Assembly (NCBI GenBank): GCA_963783575.1
Contig: CAWAOD010000010.1
Span: forward strand, 32,001 to 96,000
DNA: 64,000 bases
Source: an uncultured Spirochaetota bacterium
Lineage (GTDB): Bacteria > Spirochaetota > Brevinematia > Brevinematales > JAOACQ01
Reading direction: 5' to 3'
Below are positions 45,469-55,521 of the stretch, piece by piece (the stretch's first letter is position 1; each line of letters opens with the position of its first letter). Both the position numbers and the translations under genes were made by a program. The notes beneath the pieces are model-generated. The model was given only the letters and a program-made list of their open reading frames with translations. It did not search any database and was not told the origin of the DNA.

Positions 45469-45685
45469 AACAAGGCATAGCTGTTGCGCTCCGTCCTCAC
45501 TAGCGTTCCGGGCGGTGCTCAGCCTTCGGCACATTTGCCTTTGTCATCTTTTTTGCAGAATTTGAAATTTAATGAAAAGGGTTATAAAAATGAAATACTT
45601 TATTATATTTAAAGTCTGGTTCTGGAATTGCAAAAAAGACACCAATCGCTAACGCGACCGGCAAACGTCAGCTATGCCTGCCGTT
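45469..45685 (+). repeat. attC-like repeat 3 (type B, 217 bp)
   Basis: AAC-AAGGCATAGCTG ... CAGCTATGCCT-GCC-GTT. Confidence 0.85.
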
Positions 45686-45727
45686 AAACGAAAGGCATGG
45701 CAGACTTTAATTATAAAGAGGTATTTT

Positions 45728-46957
45728 ATGAAAAATTTTATGATTATTTATGCACTACTTATGATATCAATTTTTTCTAATTTCATTTATTCAAATGATA
45801 TCCTGAATCAAACTAACAAATTTCCTTCAAATATTTTAGATTTTTATCTTAACCTCCCTAATGAACCTTTATTAGGTGATGTAGGTACAGATATTCAAAA
45901 TAGAATTGATTATTTAACTAATAATAATAACCATGATTCTTATTCACCAATAATAATTGATATAAAAAATGGATTTATTTCAATGAGATCTGAAATCAAT
46001 CATAATTATTTTATATTGAATGAATATGCTTTATTTACAACTAAAAATTTAAAATACATAGCTTGTGTTTTTAGGATGAACGATGCTGAATTTCCAGGCT
46101 ATATTATTTCCAATACTTTTATTATTTATCAATTCACAAATAATAATTTCATAGATGTAACAAAAGCTGTATTTCCAAGAATAGAATATTCTATGTTTTT
46201 TGATGATTTCGACATGAAAGGTAAGTATCTTTCAAATATACCAAATGATAAAATTTTCTATAAATTGCCTAGGTTTGGAACAAAGATTGAAGCAAATATT
46301 GAAATAAGTGAATTAACAACCCAAAGAAATTATGATTGGTCAGAGCTATATCTTGCATTTAAAACTAACAAAATAAATATTGATTTTAATTCAAAAAGTG
46401 GAGAATTTTATATAGTAAAATCAAAAGAGCAAAAGTATTTCAAGAATAATGATGAAATAGCATTATATTCTTGTAAAAATTATGTAAATATCATCAAACC
46501 AATAGAAGAAATAATTTCCTCAACATCAAATTTTAACTTTCATAATAAATTACCTGTTAATAATGTATATGAAGCATATTTTAGTAAAAGTGTATATGTA
46601 AGAATTGAAATAGAACCTTTTGATTCAAAAAATAAAGTATATACAAATGATCATGATTATAAAGATTTTGTAAATGGTGAGCGTATTTTCGGTTGTAACT
46701 TAGATAAACCTTTTCATGAATTTAAATCAGCAGACTTGTTTTATGACAATAAAAAATTTACAATTCCTACTAAGAATTTATATAATCCTTTTTCAATTAA
46801 TGGAAAAAATTGTATTAAATTTCTTAAAATTAAAGATGATTTTTATATTCTTGGTGATTTCTCAGATGGTGCTGGTGCTTATTCAATTTTATGGAAATTA
46901 TATGAGAATAAAATTTCTATAATAAAAATATTCAATTTATATGGTGATTTATTTTAG
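45728..46957 (+). CDS. Secreted hypothetical cassette protein
   Basis: GAGG RBS; signal peptide MKNFMIIYALLMISIFSNFIYS; YKLPRFGT; FSDGAGAY. Confidence 0.75.
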   Translation: MKNFMIIYALLMISIFSNFIYSNDILNQTNKFPSNILDFYLNLPNEPLLGDVGTDIQNRIDYLTNNNNHDSYSPIIIDIKNGFISMRSEINHNYFILNEYALFTTKNLKYIACVFRMNDAEFPGYIISNTFIIYQFTNNNFIDVTKAVFPRIEYSMFFDDFDMKGKYLSNIPNDKIFYKLPRFGTKIEANIEISELTTQRNYDWSELYLAFKTNKINIDFNSKSGEFYIVKSKEQKYFKNNDEIALYSCKNYVNIIKPIEEIISSTSNFNFHNKLPVNNVYEAYFSKSVYVRIEIEPFDSKNKVYTNDHDYKDFVNGERIFGCNLDKPFHEFKSADLFYDNKKFTIPTKNLYNPFSINGKNCIKFLKIKDDFYILGDFSDGAGAYSILWKLYENKISIIKIFNLYGDLF

Positions 46958-46992
46958 CCACTTAATGTTTGATACTGCCAGGCCCTTCGTTT

Positions 46993-47232
46993 AACCGTGG
47001 CTATATCGCTCCGGTGCTCGAAAAAACTTTTCAGGGCGTATGGAAATGTCAAGAGTTTTTCCTGCGCTCCTCGGGTTCGCCCGTTTTAGATTTTGGTAAA
47101 AAGAGAAAGGAGTTCAAATTGACTATGATGATTAATAAAATAAAGGTCATTATTTACGGGCTCACCAAACCCGTAAACCTAAGCGCGCGGGGCTGGCGCT
47201 AAGGTTTGCGGGCTTCGTATAGCCTCACCGTT
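46993..47232 (+). repeat. attC-like repeat 4 (type A variant, 240 bp)
   Basis: AAC-CGTGGCTATA ... TATAGCCTC-ACC-GTT. Confidence 0.9.
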
Positions 47233-47261
47233 ATATGCAATGCTGGCTGCACGGATTATTC

Positions 47262-47290
47262 TTGACAATATGGCTGATTGTATGTATTAT
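47262..47290 (+). promoter_or_regulatory. Sigma70 promoter of the brnTA cassette
   Basis: TTGACA-17 bp-TATTAT; ATG 7 nt downstream, no RBS. Confidence 0.75.
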
Positions 47291-47297
47291 TATATGT

Positions 47298-47573
47298 ATG
47301 ATATTTGAATGGGATGAAAATAAAAACAAAACTAACATTGAAAAACATAATATTTCTTTTGATTATGCCCAGCTTGCATTTCTTGATGATAAAAGAATTA
47401 TTGCGGAAGACTTGAAACATAGTGATACTGATGAAAAACGTTACTTTTGCTTTGGAAAAATAGATGATACAATCATTACTGTTAGATTTACTTACAGAAA
47501 AAATAGAATAAGAATATTCGGAGCTGGTGCATGGCGAGAAGGAAGGAGGATATATGAACAAGAAAACAATTAA
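47298..47573 (+). CDS. BrnT-family toxin (DUF497)
   Basis: MIFEWDENKN..NIEKH.ISF; HS..E.R; VRFT.R..IRI. Confidence 0.9.
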   Translation: MIFEWDENKNKTNIEKHNISFDYAQLAFLDDKRIIAEDLKHSDTDEKRYFCFGKIDDTIITVRFTYRKNRIRIFGAGAWREGRRIYEQENN

Positions 47574-47811
47574 ATATACTAAAGCACCAAAAGAAATATC
47601 TGATGCCATTAACAATTCAATAATAATAAAGGATTTCTTACCATCTCCTAAAGAACTGATACTTAAAGAAAAAACAAAAAAAATTACTATTAATTTAAGT
47701 GAAAAAAGTTTAATTTTTTTCAAAAATTCTGCTAAAAAAAATCATGTTTCATATCAACAAATGATTAAAGAAATTCTTGATAAATATTCAGATTATTATA
47801 AATACAATTAA
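47554..47811 (+). CDS. CopG/BrnA-like antitoxin
   Basis: Overlaps the toxin; GGAGG RBS; KITINL...FFK..A...SYQQMI RHH-like. Confidence 0.8.
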   Translation: MNKKTIKYTKAPKEISDAINNSIIIKDFLPSPKELILKEKTKKITINLSEKSLIFFKNSAKKNHVSYQQMIKEILDKYSDYYKYN

Positions 47812-47833
47812 AGAGTGCAGCCAAACTGCGTAT

Positions 47834-48076
47834 ATCAGCGGCTATATCGCTCCGGTGCTCGAAAAAACTTTTCAGGGCATAACGAAGAAGAAGAAAAAGT
47901 TTTTCCTGCGCTCCTCGGGTTCGCCCGTTTTAGATTTTGGTAAAAAGAGAAAGGAGTTCAAATTGACTATGATGATTAATAAAATAAAGGTCATTATTTA
48001 CGGGCTCACCACATTTTCGGGCCTAAGAGCGCGGGGCTAGCTCTAAGGTCCGAAAACGTCGTATAGCCACACCGTT
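47834..48076 (+). repeat. attC-like repeat 5 (type A, 243 bp; AAC changed to ATC)
   Basis: ATC-AGCGGCTATA ... TATAGCCAC-ACC-GTT; near-identical to repeat 2. Confidence 0.9.
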
Positions 48077-48115
48077 GTACGCAAGTCTGGCCGCAGCTTT
48101 TATTTATACTAACTA

Positions 48116-48144
48116 TTGACATTAGTAACTATATATGTTAGTAT
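48116..48144 (+). promoter_or_regulatory. Sigma70 promoter of the higBA cassette
   Basis: TTGACA-17 bp-TAGTAT; ATG at 48150; ATACTAAC/GTTAGTAT inverted repeat overlaps it. Confidence 0.7.
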
Positions 48145-48149
48145 TATAT

Positions 48150-48431
48150 ATGATAAAGTCTTTTAAAGATGACGAAACGAGTTTAATTTGGTTTGGTATT
48201 AAATCAAGAAAATTACCACCAAATATTCAAGATGTTGCTCGACGAAAATTAAGAATGCTTAATAATGCTCATGCTTTATCTGATTTATTAATACCACCAT
48301 CAAATAAATTAGAATCTTTAAAAGGAAATAGAAAAGGTCAACATAGCATTAGAATAAATGATAAATATAGAATTTGTTTCATTTGGAAATCTAATGATGC
48401 CTATAGTGTTGAAATTATTGATTATCATTAA
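48150..48431 (+). CDS. higB: HigB (RelE/ParE-family) toxin
   Basis: MIKSF; PPSNKLE.L.G.RKGQHSIRINDKYRICF; VEIIDYH. Confidence 0.9.
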   Translation: MIKSFKDDETSLIWFGIKSRKLPPNIQDVARRKLRMLNNAHALSDLLIPPSNKLESLKGNRKGQHSIRINDKYRICFIWKSNDAYSVEIIDYH

Positions 48432-48449
48432 ATATTAAAGAGGTAAAAT

Positions 48450-48761
48450 ATGACTGAAAGATTAAAAAACATACATCCTGGTGAAATCTTAAAAGAAGAA
48501 TTTTTATTGCCTTTAAATATTACAGCTTATAGACTATCAAAAGAAACAGGCATACCGCAAACGGCAATATCTGAAATAGTAAAAGAAAAAAGAAGAATCA
48601 CTGCACCTGTAGCCTTAAAATTCTCAAAATTTTTTGGTACTACTCCTCAATTTTGGTTAGGTCTTCAAGATGATTATGATCTAGAAGAGGAAGAAATCCA
48701 TATAAAAAAAGAATTGGATAATATTCATTCAATAAAAGACTTACATTTAGTTAATGCCTAA
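48450..48761 (+). CDS. higA: HigA antitoxin
   Basis: IHPGEILKEEFL; FWLGLQ..YDL. Confidence 0.9.
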   Translation: MTERLKNIHPGEILKEEFLLPLNITAYRLSKETGIPQTAISEIVKEKRRITAPVALKFSKFFGTTPQFWLGLQDDYDLEEEEIHIKKELDNIHSIKDLHLVNA

Positions 48762-48793
48762 TTCTAGAACTTGCTGCACCGCCATCGCCTAAC

Positions 48794-50588
48794 GGCCATG
48801 TAGAAAAAGTTAATTTCAGGTAATAATCCTCCCTTTCCAAACAGTATGTTTTTTTTGATCTGTCTGGAATTACTTTATTTTTATAAAACCGGGCTGAATT
48901 TACCGGCAAAACTGTTTTTATTCCATCACTATGCCATTATATCCCTCCATAGACCTGAATTTTCCCGATATTATGCACAGTATTATATAATACCCATTGA
49001 ATATTCACTTTTCCCTTTCCCCTCAGCGTAAATCGATCCATACCTTTACATGCCCTTATATTCCCGAATACAGGCTCAACTATAGCCATTCTTTTCGCAT
49101 AAAGCTTTCTGCCTTCAGGCGTATCTATGAACTTTCTCATTTCGTCCGAGTAATGTCTGTTATCCGCATTCAACGGCCTTTGCAACATCGTGTTGCTGTC
49201 GAACTAACGTTCGACGGCCTTTTTGGCTATATAGTAGCTCTTATGGAACCTCCGTGTTCCCAAGGTTGTTTGATTTTATTTTAATTCTTCAGGAAGTCTT
49301 TCTGGAATGGACAATTACGGCAGGCCGATAACCGGCAGATATACTTCGCGTATGTAATATGATTCACCGTATGGTTATTTCTGAACCGGAGTTCCTCTCC
49401 TTTCTTGCATATATAGACATTCCTTATTGGGTCATATTGAAAATCATCGATTGTATACTGCCCTTTCTTCGCAGGCTTATGTCTGTCAGCGGTTTCAAAC
49501 CTGCAATCGCGCTTCCTGAAATTCGTATCCGGGATGACCGGTTTCATACCGTTTTGCGAAATATATTTCAGGTTCTTTTCGCTGAAATAATTGGTGTCCG
49601 CAGTGATTATTTTATCCTTTAAATCTTTTCCCAATTCTACTTTTGCTTTACGGATCATCCCTTTCAGGAATTCCCCCTCAGACCCGCTCCCAAAAGCTTC
49701 GGGATATACCACAACCTGATATTTCGAATCCACGACCGATAAGCCATTGTATCCCTGGATTACACCGTGCGATGATTTTATTTTCGCGCTCTGGTTATCA
49801 GTGACATTGGACTGCTTTTCACCATGCCTTGATTTATCTTTCGGTTTTTCACTTTCCAGAAACTTTTCTATCTTTTCAGCTTTCTTTAAAATCTTCTCGA
49901 TCCGTGCCAGATCTTTTTCCTTATCCTTCTCAGGAAAACCGCCGTCCTGATCACGCTTTTCATGTTCATCAAGCATTTCCTTAACCAGGTTTTCCAGCTT
50001 CTCTTTTTTCTTCTTCAAATCCTTAAATGTTCCGCTCCATTCCTTTGATGCATTTGACGATAGTTTGCACCCGTCCAGCGCGAACATATCCCCGCCTATG
50101 AGATTCAGTTCGTCACAAACCATCAATATATTCAGGAATACGGTATTTATCTCATTTTTCATCGAAGAAACAAAATCGGCGATTGAAGTAAATTGCGGTA
50201 TTGAATTGGCGGAAATGGCTTTGGCTATAATATTCGTTTTACACAAATATTCGATTTCACGTGATGTAAAAATGCCGCGGGAATAGCTGTAGAGTATTAT
50301 CTTCAGCATAACCCGCGGATTATAAGCCGGGGCACCGGTAGCATCGTTCTTATACTTATTCTCAAAGATTTTAAGATCAATTCTGCTGTCAACAAGAAAA
50401 CTGAGTGTATATTCAAATGTTCCCGGTATAATCTGCTCATCGAATGAGACAGGTATGAGTTCCATTTGATCGTAATTAACTTTCTTATATCTTGCCATAT
50501 TTTCTTCTCCGACTTGATTTTATTTACAATATATTTTAAAGTATATACGATATTCTGTACATGAATGACGGACTTTTTCTACAGGCTC
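48794..50588 (-). mobile_element. IS1182-family element, copy 2
   Basis: Same IRs as copy 1; AAC duplicated; scattered SNPs relative to copy 1. Confidence 0.9.
48937..50498 (-). pseudogene. IS1182 transposase, same split as copy 1
   Basis: ORFs 49281-50498 and 48937-49188. Confidence 0.8.
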
Positions 50589-50771
50589 AACAACAGCTAT
50601 ACCGCTGCGGTGCTCGACTCCCCTGGCACTACGTCTGTGCTCCTCGGGTGCAGCTAGTTTTTTGTATAAAAAGTAAAATGGGGTTAAAATTATTTATGAT
50701 TATAATTAAAGAGAATACTTTGGTAAAAGAGGCTGCACTAAGCCTCACGGGCTTCGTATAGCCGCACCGTT
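50589..50771 (+). repeat. attC-like repeat 6 (divergent type C, 183 bp)
   Basis: AAC-AACAGCTATAC ... GTATAGCCGC-ACC-GTT; shares GGTGCTCGA, GCTCCTCGGGT and GGGCTTCGTATAG modules with type A. Confidence 0.8.
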
Positions 50772-50801
50772 GTACGAAAGAATAAAGCAAGGGGTAAATA
50801 T

Positions 50802-51707
50802 ATGGAAGTTATTGATGAAATAAAAACTTTAATGTTTAATAAAAATTGGAAAATTAAAATTTTATCTATTTAATATTTAAATAATTTAAAAGATAATTTG
50901 GAAAAAAATTTCAAGGTACTGGAAAATAAAGAGTTTGTTGATTATATCAGTAAATGTTTTAGTTTTAATTCCAAAGAAATAGTAAATTATGCAAAGTCAC
51001 TAATTATTATTGCGATACCGAGCCCAATAATATCTATCACTGTAATTTGGAATAATATTGAGAAAAAAATAATTATTCCACCAGCATATATCAATATGCG
51101 TTCGGCAATTGAAGAAGCGGAGATATTATTATCGAATATATTAAATAAAAATAATCATAGTATAAAAAGAGTTGCAATACCTGAAAAATTATTAGCAGTT
51201 CATAGTGGTTTGGGAAAATATGGTAAAAATAATATATGCTATATTGAAGGGATGGGTAGTTTTTTCAGATTAGTCTCATTTATAAGTAATATTCAAGAGA
51301 TTAATTCTGATTGGGATGATATTAATATTATGGAATCATGCAGCAAATGTAATATCTGCTTAAAAAGATGCCCAACTGGTGCGATTAGAGAAGATAGATA
51401 CTTAATCGATGGCTATAAATGCCTGACATTTTTTAATGAAAGACCAGGGGAATTTCCTAAATGGATAGATAATTCAGCTCATCACTGTCTGGTTGGTTGT
51501 TTATTCTGCCAGGATAAGTGTCCACAAAATAAAAAAGTTATAAATAATATAAATGAATGTGAATTCTTCAGTGAAAGAGAATTAATAGCAATTATGAATA
51601 TAAAAGAATTTGAGAAATTGGATATAAATATAAGGTTCAAATTAATAAAATTGAATATGGATGTATACTATAATGTCTTATCGAGGAATTTAAAAGTATT
51701 ATTATGA
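50802..51707 (+). CDS. Epoxyqueuosine reductase (QueG)-like 4Fe-4S protein with in-frame TAA at 50871
   Basis: SGLGKYGKNNI; CSKCNICLKRCP; GCLFCQDKCP; ATG 50802 is in frame with ORF 50898-51707. Confidence 0.75.
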
Positions 51708-51730
51708 AAATGCCCCGCCCATCGTACAAC

Positions 51731-51842
51731 GGCCTTGTAGAAAAAGTTAATTTCAGGTAATAATCCTCCCTTTCCAAACAGTATGTTTTTTATCGATCTG
51801 TCCGGAATCACTTTTTTATATAAAATCGGGCTTAATTTACCG
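51731..51842 (-). mobile_element. IS1182 terminal fragment
   Basis: GGCCTTGTAGAAAAAGTT directly after AAC; matches the first ~110 bp of the full copies. Confidence 0.85.
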
Positions 51843-52047
51843 CATTTTGCCGATAAAAAGGGTGGAATACTGCCTTGTCAGCTTATAAAAGGAGAATTTC
51901 GGAGTGTTTTTATAATTCTTCAATCAAATTTTAGTTTGACATACCTATTGGGACGGGATATAATGAATTTGGATGTAAAAGATGCCCCAAATGCATCAAA
52001 ATGAAAAGCCATTTGGGAAATATCAGATAAAATGAGGAGGAAGAACC

Positions 52048-52362
52048 ATGAAATGGTACCATTATTTAGCTTGTTTCTTTGCAGGTATGTTTCTTGTGAA
52101 TACCGTACCGCATTTTATTCATGGGGTATCAGGCGAGTTATTTCCTACACCATTCGCAAATCCACCAGGGAAGGGGCTTTCATCACCAACAATAAATATT
52201 CTTTGGGCACTTGTAAATCTTGTGGTTGGATATATTCTTTTTAATATTGGCAAGGTTAACAAGCCGGATAAGTGGTGGAGCTGGCCAAGGGTCATATTTT
52301 TTGTTGGGATTATTGTAATGAGTATTATGTCAAGTTTTGCTTTCTCACAAATTAATAGGTAG
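52048..52362 (+). CDS. Hypothetical membrane protein
   Basis: GGAGG RBS; PHFIHGVSG..FPTPFANPPG; hydrophobic segments. Confidence 0.75.
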   Translation: MKWYHYLACFFAGMFLVNTVPHFIHGVSGELFPTPFANPPGKGLSSPTINILWALVNLVVGYILFNIGKVNKPDKWWSWPRVIFFVGIIVMSIMSSFAFSQINR

Positions 52363-52426
52363 GCTTTTTAACCTATTATATTGTTTCAAAAATTAAAAAG
52401 TTCATATATTAGGTGACAGTAAAGTT

Positions 52427-53188
52427 ATGTTATTTAAAAATAGTATGAGATTTATATTATTAACGCTATTTTTTATCAATGTATTAATTTCGTGCAGTAG
52501 CAAATTTATTAAAATGGATAAGACAGGCATTAGTATCAAAGAGACGGATTTAATTGACAAGCAAGAAGTAGAAAGAATAACAAAAAAGATAAATGATATC
52601 GAAGAAACATTTAATACTATATTTAAAACAAGATTACAATTTACAATTGAATTAGTTAAACAGAATGAAACAGATGCATGCATAAAAATAATAGATGGTA
52701 AGGAAGGAATACTTCTTAATGATAAATATATTAAAAATTATTTAGACACTGAGTTAGCAATAACTCTTTCGCATGAATATTTTCATATTTATCAAAATAA
52801 TAAAATACAACCTGAAAAATGGAATTATACAATTGTTCGAAGATTATATGAAGAAGGTTCGGCTTGTTTTGCTCCATCATTAATTATCAGTGGGATGGAA
52901 GATTGGAAATATATATCACCTTTTAGAAATGATAATAAAGAGTTCATAGCATTTGAAAAATATGAGGGGGAAGCAAAAGAATATATATTAACAAATTTGT
53001 ATAGTAAAGATATTGAGGTGGATAGACATTTATTTTCAGGAAATATGAATTTTTCTAAACCTTGGCCTCCAAGAATTGGATATTATTTTGGTTATAAATT
53101 AATAAAAAAAATGTATCAACAAAATGGAATGAAAGTATTTCAATTAAGTGAGTATGAAATTATTAAAGAGATTAATAATGAGTTATAG
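52427..53188 (+). CDS. Putative Zn-dependent protease lipoprotein (DUF2268-like)
   Basis: LISC lipobox; HEYFH; EEGSA; IGYYFGY. Confidence 0.7.
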   Translation: MLFKNSMRFILLTLFFINVLISCSSKFIKMDKTGISIKETDLIDKQEVERITKKINDIEETFNTIFKTRLQFTIELVKQNETDACIKIIDGKEGILLNDKYIKNYLDTELAITLSHEYFHIYQNNKIQPEKWNYTIVRRLYEEGSACFAPSLIISGMEDWKYISPFRNDNKEFIAFEKYEGEAKEYILTNLYSKDIEVDRHLFSGNMNFSKPWPPRIGYYFGYKLIKKMYQQNGMKVFQLSEYEIIKEINNEL

Positions 53189-53194
53189 AAGGCG

Positions 53195-53372
53195 CCTTCC
53201 GCGCCTCGGCATTGTGCCATATTTGCCTTTGTAACAGTTATTGCAGGTTTTGTTATTTTATAAAAAATGATATAAAATGGAATACTTTAATCTAAATGAA
53301 AGCTGGTTCTGGAATTGCAAAAAAGACAATAATCGCTGGCACGAACGGTACATTGCCAAGCTATACCGTCGC
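53195..53372 (+). repeat. Degenerate type-B attC-like repeat
   Basis: ATTTGCCTTTGT...GGTTCTGGAATTGCAAAAAAGAC...ACC-GTC (GTT changed); 5' end lost. Confidence 0.7.
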
Positions 53373-53410
53373 ACGGCATGCTATACAAATAATATAAAAG
53401 GAGAAAAATA

Positions 53411-54022
53411 ATGTTGAAAGAATATATCGCCGTTTCAATATTTAAACCATCATCTATTTATGTTAATTTATTTCATGATAAAAGAAAGGTACTAATATCC
53501 TTCTCAATGCTAATGGTATTAGGGATTCTCTATACTATAACTGTAATATTTGGTTATAAAAATGGTTTTGGTGCGATAGTTAAACCTATCTTATCAATTC
53601 CAAGTAATAAATATTATTTTTATGAAATATTTTTCGGAATTCCTGTTTTTTTTCTAATATCAATAGTTTTTGCCGGAACAAGTAGATTGTTATCAACATT
53701 ATTAGGCGGCGAAGGTTCTTTTGAGAATAATTTTGTTATTTATTGTACTTCAGCATTTATTCCAACTCTTTTAACTCTATGGTTACCAGAAACATTATTG
53801 ATTGTCTTTTTTCCGGATTTACGGGCAACTCCGCTTGACGGTTTTAAAATATTACCTGCTTATATTGATTTTATTCGACAAATATTAGGTGTGTTATGGC
53901 CGATGTTTATTTCAGTAATTGGAATCAGAGTATCGGAAAATGTAACTTACCTAAAGAGCAGTATCATTACTTTTATTTCTTTTATTTTATGTGGAATTAT
54001 TATGATAATATTTATTCGATAA
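53411..54022 (+). CDS. Yip1-like multi-pass membrane protein
   Basis: AGGAG RBS; IFKP N-terminus; LLGGEGSF; five TM segments. Confidence 0.7.
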   Translation: MLKEYIAVSIFKPSSIYVNLFHDKRKVLISFSMLMVLGILYTITVIFGYKNGFGAIVKPILSIPSNKYYFYEIFFGIPVFFLISIVFAGTSRLLSTLLGGEGSFENNFVIYCTSAFIPTLLTLWLPETLLIVFFPDLRATPLDGFKILPAYIDFIRQILGVLWPMFISVIGIRVSENVTYLKSSIITFISFILCGIIMIIFIR

Positions 54023-54050
54023 TATTATATATTGCACGCCGCCAACAACC

Positions 54051-54278
54051 ATCCCTCCATAGACCTGATTTTACCAATGGATTCGGCAGGCTCACCAAAA
54101 GTATTATACATAGTATTATAGATCATCCACTGAATATAACTTTTCCCAACTCCAATTGTTTGTAATTGACTTTCTTAAACCTTGCCATAATTGCTTTTAC
54201 CTCTTGATTTTATTTACAATATATTTTAAAGTATACACGATATTCCGTACATGCATGACGGACTTTTTCTACAGTCTC
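54051..54278 (-). mobile_element. Internally deleted IS1182 remnant
   Basis: Transposase 3' end fused to its 5' end; terminal ACTTTTTCTACAGTCTC, then AAC-AGCGGCTATA. Confidence 0.8.
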
Positions 54279-54335
54279 AACAGCGGCTATAACGCTCATA
54301 AATATCTTGTATTCTTGCTGTTATGCGGTATTTAA

Positions 54336-55346
<1,011 letters not shown>

Positions 55347-55521
55347 GAGGTTGGGGAAGGATTCGATGGACACGTAAAGTGTCGTTAAAAGAAATGATTA
55401 TTGATTATCTACAATATCTTATGGCGCGTATTAGTGAAATTAATGAACCGATAAATATAAAATAATTTTTAATAATATGTGAATTTGTTAGTATAACAAT
55501 CTTAACTTAATGGAGTTATAA

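Noticed and set aside
46969..48040. Small ORFs 46969-47202 and 47777-48040
   Set aside because: They lie within the repeats; the reading frame is not conserved across repeat types.
41164..54300. CRISPR array interpretation of the repeats
   Set aside because: Repeats are about 200 bp and the spacers are whole genes; no cas genes in the window.
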